Of a stretch of DNA of 19,177 nucleotides, positions 1 through 8,137 are shown in pieces. The stretch comes from an uncultured Thermococci archaeon (lineage in GTDB: Archaea; CAYQAE01; CAYVLA01): positions 1 to 19,177 of the forward strand of contig CAZJVP010000095.1 of assembly GCA_964549615.1 (NCBI GenBank). Reading direction: 5' to 3'. A program made the translations under genes and the position numbers. Under the pieces are notes generated by a model. The model ran no database searches and was not told the DNA's origin. It saw nothing but the letters and a program-made list of their open reading frames with translations. Numbering within the stretch: position 1 is the stretch's first letter; each line of letters opens with the position of its first letter.

Positions 1-204
1 GCCACAGGCACCACGTTGCCGTCACTCCGGGGTTGGTGTTGGAGCCCCTTCGGGAGGCCCTTGAGCGGTACCTTGGCTTTCAAGTTGTCGTGCCCCAGCA
101 TGGCTAGTGCCCCTGGCCAACCGCGGCGGGCCCTGGCTCACGGGTGAGATCACGGCAATCGACACCGTTACCTGGATGTACGGAAGCTGGGTGGCCAGCA
201 CGCC

Positions 205-497
205 GTGCGAAATACGTCTTGGCATGAAGCGCTCAACGCGTTGTGGCAAAGCGGCTGCTTTGACGATGAGGAACTCACCCTCGTGGCGAGGGCGCTATAC
301 AAATACGGCTTCGACGTATTGGAGCCAAGGGGAATCACAATCGAGCGCGCGGCTGCACCGAGCGTGAAGGAGGGCATCTCCGTTTACGACGCGTCGCACT
401 AGCGCTCGAACTCAAGGCCGTCCTTTACACGGCGGATGCCGAGCTCATCAGGAAGTTCCCGGGTACTGCTCAACACATAAGCGACTACAAAACCTGA
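205..497 (+). pseudogene. vapC: PIN-domain (VapC-like) toxin remnant, 5'-truncated and frameshifted near 395
   Basis: One frame reads WHEALNALWQ...KEGISVYDAS. After a shift near 395 another frame reads ALALELKAVLYTADAELIRKFPGTAQHISDYKT-stop (TGA 495-497). These match the PIN E-xxN, YDAxYxALA and TAD motifs. The N-terminal D-containing motif and an antitoxin gene are not seen. Confidence 0.75.
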
Positions 498-699
498 GGC
501 TATCGAGCGCGAGGACGTCCGGGATATCTTGCAGAACTCTTGTCCCGCGGGACAACCAAGCGACTGGAGAAAAGGGGCCCACGGCGGAACACCTAGGCGA
601 GCTTGGCCTGCTCGGCATGCCCGTAGAGACGTCTCTGCTTTCAAAGACCATGCATGTGGTGCCGCCATGCTCCGAAATGGTCAGGAAAGGGTGCGGCGT

Positions 700-1941
700 T
701 CATCGGAACCGGGAAGCTGGGTCATGAATTGAGGTTGAGTGCAACCTGAACCCGAGTGATTGCAACCGCGCCTCAATGCGGCCCAGGGCGTTTTTGAAGG
801 CCGAAAGCGTCCGAGCCATTTCGGCGGCGAATTCCCCCGTTATCTCCTCCGCGGACAGGACCCCCCAGGTTCCGTCGTCCTCGATCGTCACCGGGACCCG
901 GCCTGACCCATCGTAGGAGACGGATTCCCATGCTCCGTGGTCCTTGATCGGGTAGAACATCCTCTCCCATCCGCCCTCTTGAGTCTGTGTGGCCATGAAG
1001 GTTACCTCGGAAACGTTGGCCGCGGCGTCCCTGTGCGCGGGCAAGCCCGTGACGGCGTACAGCTCTGCCGCACCCCATCCGATCTTGCAGTAGGATGGCC
1101 AGCGCAACCCCGCAGGGTTGAGCCGGGCTTCGAACCTAGCCAGCTTGAGCGCCGCATCGAGGTATCTTGATTCGCCCGTGGCCGCATACACGTCGGATAG
1201 GGCTGCCATGGCAGTCCCCACTTGGTAGAAGTGCTGCTTGGGCTTGGCCGTGTCGACGAAGCAGTTGATCTCCTGCCCCGGCTCTGGCTCCGTCACAAGA
1301 CCGTCCGTGGCGGGGTCGTAGTTGTAGTAGAACCGCCCCGGCTGGGCATCCATGTGCGAGAGATTGGCCTCAACCATTCTGGTCAGAAAGTCAGCGCTCC
1401 GCTTGGCCGGGCCGTTCAAACCTGCTGCCAGGGCCCACTCGGCGAAGAAGGAGGTGACGAGCGGACCGATGGTCTCCATGTAACGCGGGTCATCGATGTT
1501 CGCGAAGACGCCGCCCGAGCTGTGCTGGTGGGCTAGGATCTCGCGCCTGGTTTCCCTGTTCGCGAAGGCTGGGTGGTTGAGGCGTTCCGCCACCTGCGCA
1601 AAAGTGAGGACCCTGTAGAGCCGTTGAAGGTCCTTGTTGAACGCAGGCTCCTCCGGGAAATAGTAACGACCGACGCTCACCCTGGCGTTTGAGGCGATCC
1701 AGTCAAGCAGCAGGCGGGCACCATCCAGGCGTCCCGCCTCGTAGAGGCCCCACGTAACCTTGTGGCAGTAGCTTAAGTCCCGCTTCCCCATGATCGGCCC
1801 ATGAGGTGCGAAGCGGCCCATTAGCCAGTCCGCCGCCTTGGATATCGACCGTTCCATGGGCCCGATCAGGCCCAGCAGGCAGCGCCTCTCTTGCAGCAAT
1901 TCCCTTGCGCCAAGTGTGCTGATCGCGTTAGTCTCGCGCAT
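700..1941 (-). CDS. Hypothetical 413-aa protein, probable (alpha/alpha)-toroid fold (six-hairpin glycosidase or prenyltransferase/terpene cyclase-like)
   Basis: Long ORF. Repeated helical hairpin motifs (ALSDVYAATGESRYLDAA, AAELYAVTGLPAHRDAA) and QW-like turns (HQHSSGGV, TQTQEGGW). The fold is inferred from these motifs only. Confidence 0.75.
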   Translation of the reverse strand: MRETNAISTLGARELLQERRCLLGLIGPMERSISKAADWLMGRFAPHGPIMGKRDLSYCHKVTWGLYEAGRLDGARLLLDWIASNARVSVGRYYFPEEPAFNKDLQRLYRVLTFAQVAERLNHPAFANRETRREILAHQHSSGGVFANIDDPRYMETIGPLVTSFFAEWALAAGLNGPAKRSADFLTRMVEANLSHMDAQPGRFYYNYDPATDGLVTEPEPGQEINCFVDTAKPKQHFYQVGTAMAALSDVYAATGESRYLDAALKLARFEARLNPAGLRWPSYCKIGWGAAELYAVTGLPAHRDAAANVSEVTFMATQTQEGGWERMFYPIKDHGAWESVSYDGSGRVPVTIEDDGTWGVLSAEEITGEFAAEMARTLSAFKNALGRIEARLQSLGFRLHSTSIHDPASRFR

Positions 1942-3435
1942 GTAGATCCCTCAAGGGAACGACCCAGGTGTCGGCTGGGCACCCCTCAGTCTCCCTTTCC
2001 GGCCCAAGGCCTTCCGGCGCAGAGTAAAAGATCTTCCGTTTTGCCACATGCCGCGGTCCGGTCGATGGCTATAACCATTCTTCCACAGCCCATCGAATCC
2101 GGGGATCAGAAGGCCACGCAAACTGCAAGAGGCGGGGTCTGAAGGATGCTTTTAAGCTCCGGTGAGGCTGCCATAGCTTGCCTTGTCCCCCGTTTCAGGT
2201 GCCTTTCTCGATCTCAAGGACGACCAACATCGGCATCTGGCCCTGCCGAGCCGACGGAGTCCAACGCCGGGGCGGATGCGGGCGCATCCCGGCCCAAGTT
2301 TCCCTGGCTTGCCGACCTGAACCACCGGCAGCTTGAAGCCGTGACGCAATGCAGCGGCCCGCTTTTGGTCGTTGCCGGCGCTGGGAGCGGGAAGACGCGC
2401 ACGTTGGCCTACCGGGTTGCCTACCTGATCGCGACCGGAACCGACCCCTCCAAGATCCTGCTGCTGACTTTCACGCGCAGGGCGGCCGAAGAGATGCTGC
2501 GTAGGGCCTACGAGATCATGGGTCGGGGCGGGTCATCCGACGGACATGTCTGGGGCGGGACCTTCCACGCGACGGCGAACAGGTTGCTGCGCATCTACGG
2601 CCGGGCAATCGGGCTTGACCCGGAATTCACCGTGATGGACAGGTCGGATGCAGAGGACATGCTCGACCTGATCCGACACGAACTGGGGCTCGACAGCCGT
2701 GATCGGCGTTTCCCTCGCAAGCAGACCTGCATGGACATATACTCGAGGTGCGTCAACGCCTGCGAGCAGCTCGGGGATGTGGTGAAGAGGCACTTCCCAT
2801 GGTGCACTGATTGCGCCGACGACCTGAAACTGCTGTTCCGTCGGTGCGTCGAACGCAAGCAGGAACATAACGTTCTTGATTACGATGATCTGCTACTGTA
2901 CTGGGCCCATCTTGTCTCGGATGAGGCTATCTCCCGCGAGATGGGCTATAGGTTCGACCAGATCCTCGTGGACGAGTACCAGGACACGAACAGGATACAG
3001 TCGCAGATTCTCAGAGGAATGCGGCGGTACAACAAGAACATCATGGCCGTGGGGGACGACGCGCAGAGCATCTACAGCTTCCGGGCCGCAACCGTCCACA
3101 ACATATTGGACTTCCCCAAGCACTTCCCCGGCGCAAGGGTACTGACCCTCGAGCAGAACTACCGCTCCGTGATGCCTATCCTGGAGGCGACAAACTTGGT
3201 CATAGCCCAGGCGAAGGAGCGGTACGCGAAGAACCTCTGGTCGACCCGGAAGGGCGGTTCTCGCCCCAAGCTCGTCACATGCGAGGATGAAGGCGATCAA
3301 GACGAGTTCGTCGTTCGCAGGGTTCTTGAGCACTATGAAGAGGGAATCCCGCTCAGACGCCAAGCCGTTCTATTCAGGGCTGCGCATCTCTCCGATTCCC
3401 TAGAAGTTGAGCTCGCTCGGAGGAACATAGGGTAC

Positions 3436-3440
3436 CACAA
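3436..3440 (+). repeat. Left 5-bp direct repeat CACAA (target duplication or recombination core)
   Basis: Identical to 8138-8142 and located where helicase homology stops. Confidence 0.85.
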
Positions 3441-3481
3441 AGTAGATTTGCCTAAGAAACACCATACCCAAGCAGCCCGCC

Positions 3482-3496
3482 GAAGTGCCTTCGATC
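3482..3496 (+). repeat. Left arm of a 15-bp imperfect inverted repeat (GAAGTGCCTTCGATC)
   Basis: 13/15 identical to the reverse complement of 8120-8134 (GAAATGCCGTCGATC). Confidence 0.75.
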
Positions 3497-3928
3497 TATG
3501 TGCATCTTTCGGGTAGGGATGTGGATGATGCCCTGCTCGGTGTGTACGGGTTGCGCAAGAATGCTGAGGAGAAGCCGCAGCTTTCTCCGAAGGTCTGTCC
3601 CAGGTGCGAGGTTGCCAATGTTTATGATGCCAAGTTCTGTTCAAGGTGTGGCCTGGCTTTGGATGTTAAGGTGGCGCAGGAGCTTGATGCCTTTCTGGCG
3701 GGGATGTCGCGCGAGCAGGTCGTGGCCCAGAACATTGAGCTAGCGGCCAAGGTCAGGGAGTTGACAGAGACCATTGCCAGACTTGAGAAGGGGTACGCCA
3801 AGGTGTCGGGGCAGGTGACGAGGGTTTCGGGCGAGCTGACCAGGGTGTCTGGAGAGTTGGCAGAGCTTAAGAGGGAGGGGCCGTCCGTCTCGGGGGAATC
3901 GGTCAAGAGGCCTGAGAAGACTTCCTAG
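3485..3928 (+). pseudogene. C-terminal fragment of an archaeal-type tyrosine recombinase/integrase (catalytic-Tyr helix, Zn ribbon, coiled coil)
   Basis: PSIYVHLSGRDVDDALLGVYGL followed by CPRC-x10-FCSRC matches the MPxxYVHLSGRDVD plus Zn-ribbon tail of archaeal integrases. The upstream catalytic residues (R, K, HxxR, GW) are missing, and there is an in-frame TAG at 3443-3445. Confidence 0.8.
3800..3862 (+). repeat. Three degenerate 21-bp tandem repeats encoding heptads (KVSGQVT/RVSGELT/RVSGELA)
   Basis: AAGGTGTCGGGGCAGGTGACG, AGGGTTTCGGGCGAGCTGACC, AGGGTGTCTGGAGAGTTGGCA. Confidence 0.8.
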
Positions 3929-4119
3929 CCGGCAGAAGAGCAGACACGGCAACAGGTGCTAGGCCGTCGAGTGTTAGATGTTGATAAGACCGAACCGGGA
4001 GACGGAGGAACTGCGGCCACATCCCTCGTGGTAAGGTGGTACCCTTTGGTAACGGGGGAGTCCCTGAGATAGCTCAGCGCGTCGAAATCCTAAAATAGGG
4101 GATCGCGCGACTCACACAC

Positions 4120-4760
4120 GTGCAGGGCCCTTCAAAGACGCACACCTCCATCGCCAACAAACCGGTTGGTATTCGTCCTCCGGCAATTGGCAGACTCTGT
4201 AAGTTGGCTCTCTGCCTAGCAACACTCACTGCATTTAGCAGTATATGCATGGCCACAGAGGTTAATCTGGGAGATCCAGACGATTCTGACTATGGCTCGT
4301 CCGCGTCGGGTAACGCCCATGCGGAAGTCGACCCATGGCAACCGCATTACATCTATCGGGGCGATGGCTATGCACAGACACGCGGTTCGGGATCTACTGG
4401 TTTATCCAGATATGGTATGCTAGCGAGAGTCAGTTGGATGGCCTAAGTACGGTAGAGGCATGCTATGGGTTTGCATACACTGAATGTTCAACAGGGGACG
4501 GAAATGGCCAAGTCCAGGTGACACTCACCGTATATGAGTGGTCGGGTAGTGATTGGGTTTGGAAAGCCAGCGGCCTGAAGAACTATTATGATAGTTATTC
4601 CGGAGATGAAACATTAAGCGTGAGTTACGAATTCGGTTCTAGCGCATATCGATTCGTTCTACGCACCCAGACCAACTTTGGGGCCTCGGATGGATATGTG
4701 AACGTGTATACGGAGATTGAGTGCGGTGAGTACAAGGGCTATTTCAAGGTGTATGGTTGA
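4120..4760 (+). pseudogene. Secreted beta-rich hypothetical protein with an apparent 1-nt frameshift at 4401-4403
   Basis: ORF 4120-4446 has a signal-like segment (KLALCLATLTAFSSICMA). Adding one T to TTT at 4401-4403 joins it to ORF 4335-4760 (GSTG-FIQIWYASESQ...), giving one Ser/Gly/Tyr/Asp-rich protein. A TATA-like CCTAAAATA lies at 4089-4097. The shift may be a sequencing error. Confidence 0.65.
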
Positions 4761-5015
4761 AGAAAGACCGAATCCCCTGCTGTGCACATTTCAGCCCGTA
4801 GGTGGTCGACGTTCTCCCGCAGCTGGTCTTTGTTTCTTTCAAGGGGTCAAACCCCCTTACAGTGGCTTTTCCATGTGCCTCGGCAAGACACGGCAGGGAA
4901 TGGGGAGGGGAGCTGTCACTGTTACCCAAGAAAGTTGAAGAGAACCGAAAGAGAAGAAGGGAACGAATCACCCGTCATAGATACTGCACGAGGCTAATTT
5001 GGATCGTGTTGGCGC

Positions 5016-7385
5016 ATGTGGAACTGGACGGAGCAGCATGCAACTGCCAGGACTGGTTGTGGGCGTCTTCGGGTAGTGCTAAGGTTGTCTGCTCGAAAAG
5101 GATTTGGTCCTAACTCAGCGGTTCTTGTGTTTCTGCTACTTGTGATCTGGTGTCTCTTTCAGGTCAGTGAGGTATCCGGAAGCCAGCCACCGATTCACGT
5201 GAATCATACTCTTGTCGATGAATATTTCTCGGGAGAGACTCTTGGCATCAGAGTCGTAGGGGTTGGGGACATACTTGGTAGTACCGAGATCATTGTCTGG
5301 GTAGAGTTCCATAATCTTGAGAATCGCAGCAAGAGGATCGAACCCAGATTCCTTACTGCCCGTGTTAATGGCGGAGAGGCAAGGTCGCCTTCTCGGTCTT
5401 GTTGGTCTGTGACTGGTGCGAAAGCCAGTTGTGGCGAGCGGGAATATGTGGAATGGAAGGACCCGGTCGAGAAAATACCTTTTTTGGATCCGTACACAAG
5501 TGTGGCGTGTTGGGTGGTTTTCTGGTTGACCAAGAGCGAGTTCGAGGGTATGAGGAGGCTTGAGGTCACCTATCGCGGCCTTGGCCAACTTGTGGATGTG
5601 GAGATCTCTCCTTTTCGCCGAAGCAGTATGACCTACCTCAAGATGATCAGACCATACGAAGGCCAACAGCTTGCCGCGCTTAGATCCATAAAGTTCCGCC
5701 TGGTGGAACAATACATTCCGTTCGACTGGTCGATCCAGATCGATGGAAGGCTCGTTTTCGCGGGTCGGGCGGAGCCCGAACTACACTGGCTAGGATCGTT
5801 CCAGTTCGCGTGCCCGGTGACGGTCGATGTGCCAACCCATTCGCTGAACCTAGGACCAGGGCAGCACGATCTGGTGGTGTACGCATCTGACGGAACAACC
5901 ACGGAGACCGTTTCAGCAAGCTTTTTCATACAGCCCGGACATGTCGAGGAGCTGAGCACCAAGTGGGTTCTTAACGTGAGTGGCTACTTTTCAGGCATGG
6001 TTTTTGCCAGGAGCGAGCTAAGCGGCCAGACTGTCTATGACATCGATGGAGACGGGTTGAAGGAGATCATCTTCAGCACACTGAGAGGAGCAAGCGGGAG
6101 GCTTTGGTGTTTTGATTCTGGGCTTAGACTGGAATGGGTCTACCCTGAGATGGGTCAGGACGGGCTGCTAGGCCCCACCAGTAAGGTATCCTTGGTGGAT
6201 GTGGACAGTGATGGCGTACACGAGATCTGCTTCACCAGCGGCGGAAGACTCCACATCCTGAACCGAGATGGATATCTCCTGTGGGCATGGGACAATCCGA
6301 GGGGACGTCCTATGCGCGGCGCGCCGCAGGCATATGATATCGATGGAGACGGTTTGGTCGAGTTCTTCTTACAGGATGACCTGGGCTATCTTTTCCGCAT
6401 AGACCATGAAGGAAGCCTGGTGGCCACAACCCAGATCGGCAAAGGAATGATGCAGCCAACAATAGCTGATATCGACGGTGACGGCGAGTACGAGGTTCTG
6501 GCTGCAGGGGGAGACGCCCTGCACTGTTTCAGGGCCAATGACTTCTATGAGAAATGGAGATACCACGCAGCAGCCCTCATGGATGCCAGCCAGATCATCG
6601 TAGCTGATATCGATAGTGACCGCGAGTACGAGGCTCTTACCTGGAGCAGCGCACCTGGAAGCGTGATCTGCGTCTCTCACAGCGGGGAAGAGGTCTGGAG
6701 ATGGCGGCTTCCCGGAGATGGGGTCGTAAGGTTCTGCCAAGCGGTGGGTGATCTCGACAAAGATGGCAGCATGGATATGGTGGTAATGTCGCATGTTGGT
6801 ATCTTCCGCCTCGATGTGGGGGGAGAGTCTCCAGTCCTTAAGTGGGAGGTTAATCTGACTCGGTGGAGTGCCGACGGGCTGATCCCAGATGGGGCCTGGG
6901 CTCACTATTGGTCTTCTAATCAGCTGATAGCGGATATTGATGGTGATGGCCGTCTCGAGGTCCTTCTTCTTGTTCCCTTCCCCATCGTTGTGGATGCAGC
7001 TACAGGTGTTCTCAAGGCCTACTACTTCAACGAGCATCTCTTGACCGGAATACCACGAGACAACGGTGCGTGGTGGGGCGATGTTGACGGAGATGGTCGA
7101 AGTGAGTGGATCTGCGAGCTTATCGGATGGACTCATGCGAAGACGATGACGTACTGTCTTACCTTGGATGGTGTGTTTCCAGCTGAATCTCCTTGGCCGG
7201 AATACTGGCATTCCGCGCTACCGGCATCGGATCAACTGGCTGCCACTTGGCTAACCCTAAAGGGAGCATACTCAAACTCCGTCTGGTTTCCAATAAGGGA
7301 AGGAAGCCAAGGCATAGTAGGAGGCATCGTCTTGACACTGTTAGCAATTACGATGGGGAAGGCAGGAATGGACTGCCGCCGTTAG
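5016..7385 (+). CDS. Cell-surface protein: signal peptide, Ig-like N-terminal region, FG-GAP/VCBS-repeat beta-propeller, C-terminal membrane anchor
   Basis: 789-aa ORF with hydrophobic AVLVFLLLVIWCLF near the N-terminus. Eight DxDxD(G) loops (DIDGDG x4, DVDSDG, DIDSDR, DLDKDG, DVDGDG). It ends in FPIREG plus IVGGIVLTLLAITM. The true start may be slightly downstream. Confidence 0.88.
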   Translation: MWNWTEQHATARTGCGRLRVVLRLSARKGFGPNSAVLVFLLLVIWCLFQVSEVSGSQPPIHVNHTLVDEYFSGETLGIRVVGVGDILGSTEIIVWVEFHNLENRSKRIEPRFLTARVNGGEARSPSRSCWSVTGAKASCGEREYVEWKDPVEKIPFLDPYTSVACWVVFWLTKSEFEGMRRLEVTYRGLGQLVDVEISPFRRSSMTYLKMIRPYEGQQLAALRSIKFRLVEQYIPFDWSIQIDGRLVFAGRAEPELHWLGSFQFACPVTVDVPTHSLNLGPGQHDLVVYASDGTTTETVSASFFIQPGHVEELSTKWVLNVSGYFSGMVFARSELSGQTVYDIDGDGLKEIIFSTLRGASGRLWCFDSGLRLEWVYPEMGQDGLLGPTSKVSLVDVDSDGVHEICFTSGGRLHILNRDGYLLWAWDNPRGRPMRGAPQAYDIDGDGLVEFFLQDDLGYLFRIDHEGSLVATTQIGKGMMQPTIADIDGDGEYEVLAAGGDALHCFRANDFYEKWRYHAAALMDASQIIVADIDSDREYEALTWSSAPGSVICVSHSGEEVWRWRLPGDGVVRFCQAVGDLDKDGSMDMVVMSHVGIFRLDVGGESPVLKWEVNLTRWSADGLIPDGAWAHYWSSNQLIADIDGDGRLEVLLLVPFPIVVDAATGVLKAYYFNEHLLTGIPRDNGAWWGDVDGDGRSEWICELIGWTHAKTMTYCLTLDGVFPAESPWPEYWHSALPASDQLAATWLTLKGAYSNSVWFPIREGSQGIVGGIVLTLLAITMGKAGMDCRR

Positions 7386-7388
7386 TGC

Positions 7389-7409
7389 AACACTCTGAGA
7401 GAGGGTGTT
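7389..7409 (+). terminator. Hairpin directly after the FG-GAP gene stop codon
   Basis: AACACTCT-GAGAG-AGGGTGTT stem with one G-U pair, 4 bp after TAG. There is no strong U tract. Confidence 0.3.
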
Positions 7410-8015
7410 CGGCAGGCTTTCGCTGTTCGGTGCTCTTTCGCCGTTCGGTCGGCCTGAGTCTCGGCCCTCCAGGCAGCTCCAAAGTCGATGCGCGTGAGAG
7501 ACGATGCCTGGGAGACCCAGGACCGAAACGGGTCCTTTGAGCCCCGAGTTCCCCGGTTTCCGGTCTCCGATCTCCGTGGTATGCCGGGCAGGCTTCGCCG
7601 ATATCAGGCTGGTAGGGGAGGAGGATAGGGTCAAGCTAGCCTGTTTTTTCCACGCCAAGCTAGATTCTTGAGGTTTCACTCGGATGTCAGCACAGCCGTG
7701 AGGACACCCCGAGCGGGCTATCCAGCCCATATCGGGGGCTTCCCCAGCCGGGCTGACCTCTTCTTCTGAGCATCAGGCCCCCTTCTCTGAGCTGGCTGAG
7801 ACTGAGCAAGCCAGCCCGACTCCTGAGCTGGGCCCCTCCCCCGAGCCAGCTCCCCCCGACGAAGACCTCTTCGCCACACCTGCACACTACCTCCTGGCTG
7901 AGGTCATGTATGCTGGCCACAGGGCTCAGCTCTCTCAAGGCCTGGGTTATCTCCTGTGAAAGACCTTGGGTTCTGGTGCTCGGCCTCTCTCTTCGCTTTC
8001 CCGCCTGTCACTCAT

Positions 8016-8132
8016 CTATGCAGGAATCACATCTAGTACCTCCATCTTCTCTGCTATCTCCAGGATCTGGGCCAGAGAGGTCTTCCTCTCCCTAGCCCGT
8101 CTTGCCTGGGACCTGATGCGATCGACGGCATT
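8016..8132 (-). pseudogene. Startless helical peptide frame pointing inward from the right end of the element
   Basis: Reads NAVDRIRSQARRARERKTSLAQILEIAEKMEVLDVIPA-stop and is preceded by TGA at the element end. It is amphipathic and protein-like, but no family was recognised. Confidence 0.4.
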
Positions 8133-8134
8133 TC
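8120..8134 (-). repeat. Right arm of the 15-bp imperfect inverted repeat
   Basis: GATCGACGGCATTTC, ending 3 bp inside the right element boundary; pairs with 3482-3496. Confidence 0.75.
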
Positions 8135-8137
8135 ACT

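Larger units (their letters stand above)
2146..3516 (+). pseudogene. uvrD: ATP-dependent DNA helicase UvrD/REP family, 5' half. Helicase sequence ends at 3440; the frame runs on for about 25 codons into the inserted element
   Basis: Q motif LNHRQ, Walker A AGAGSGKT, motif Ia TFTRRAA, Walker B DEYQD, motif III GDDAQSIYSFRAA, motif IV NYRS. Motifs V and VI are absent here and occur at about 8640-8790. The start codon is uncertain. Confidence 0.93.
3441..8137. mobile_element. 4,697-bp non-autonomous insertion in the helicase gene, flanked by 5-bp direct repeats
   Basis: CACAA at 3436-3440 and 8138-8142. Removing the insert plus one copy gives AAC ATA GGG TAC CAC AAG TTC GGC GGC CTG AGG = NIGYHKFGGLR, the expected UvrD-family continuation. 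The ends read AGTAGATTTGCC on the left and AGTGAAATGCC on the right (reverse complement). Confidence 0.88.

Noticed and set aside
22-249. 75-aa minus-strand ORF
   Set aside because: It overlaps the PIN relic and has no recognisable motif. It may be a gene remnant but cannot be supported.
3800-3862. Possible CRISPR-like repeats
   Set aside because: The units are contiguous with no spacers, are in frame and coding, and no cas genes are present.
7390-7540. Hammerhead-ribozyme-like CTGA...GAAAC arrangement
   Set aside because: The CUGANGA core is not matched and the required three-stem pairing could not be built.
8094-8107. 14-bp inverted match AGGCAAGACGGGCT with 17448-17461
   Set aside because: About one 14-mer match is expected by chance in 19 kb over both strands, and no boundary coincides with it.
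3441-8137. Intein or self-splicing intron as the explanation for the helicase interruption
   Set aside because: The frame stops at 3516, there are no intein terminal motifs or intron-encoded RT/endonuclease, and the flanking direct repeat points to DNA-level insertion.
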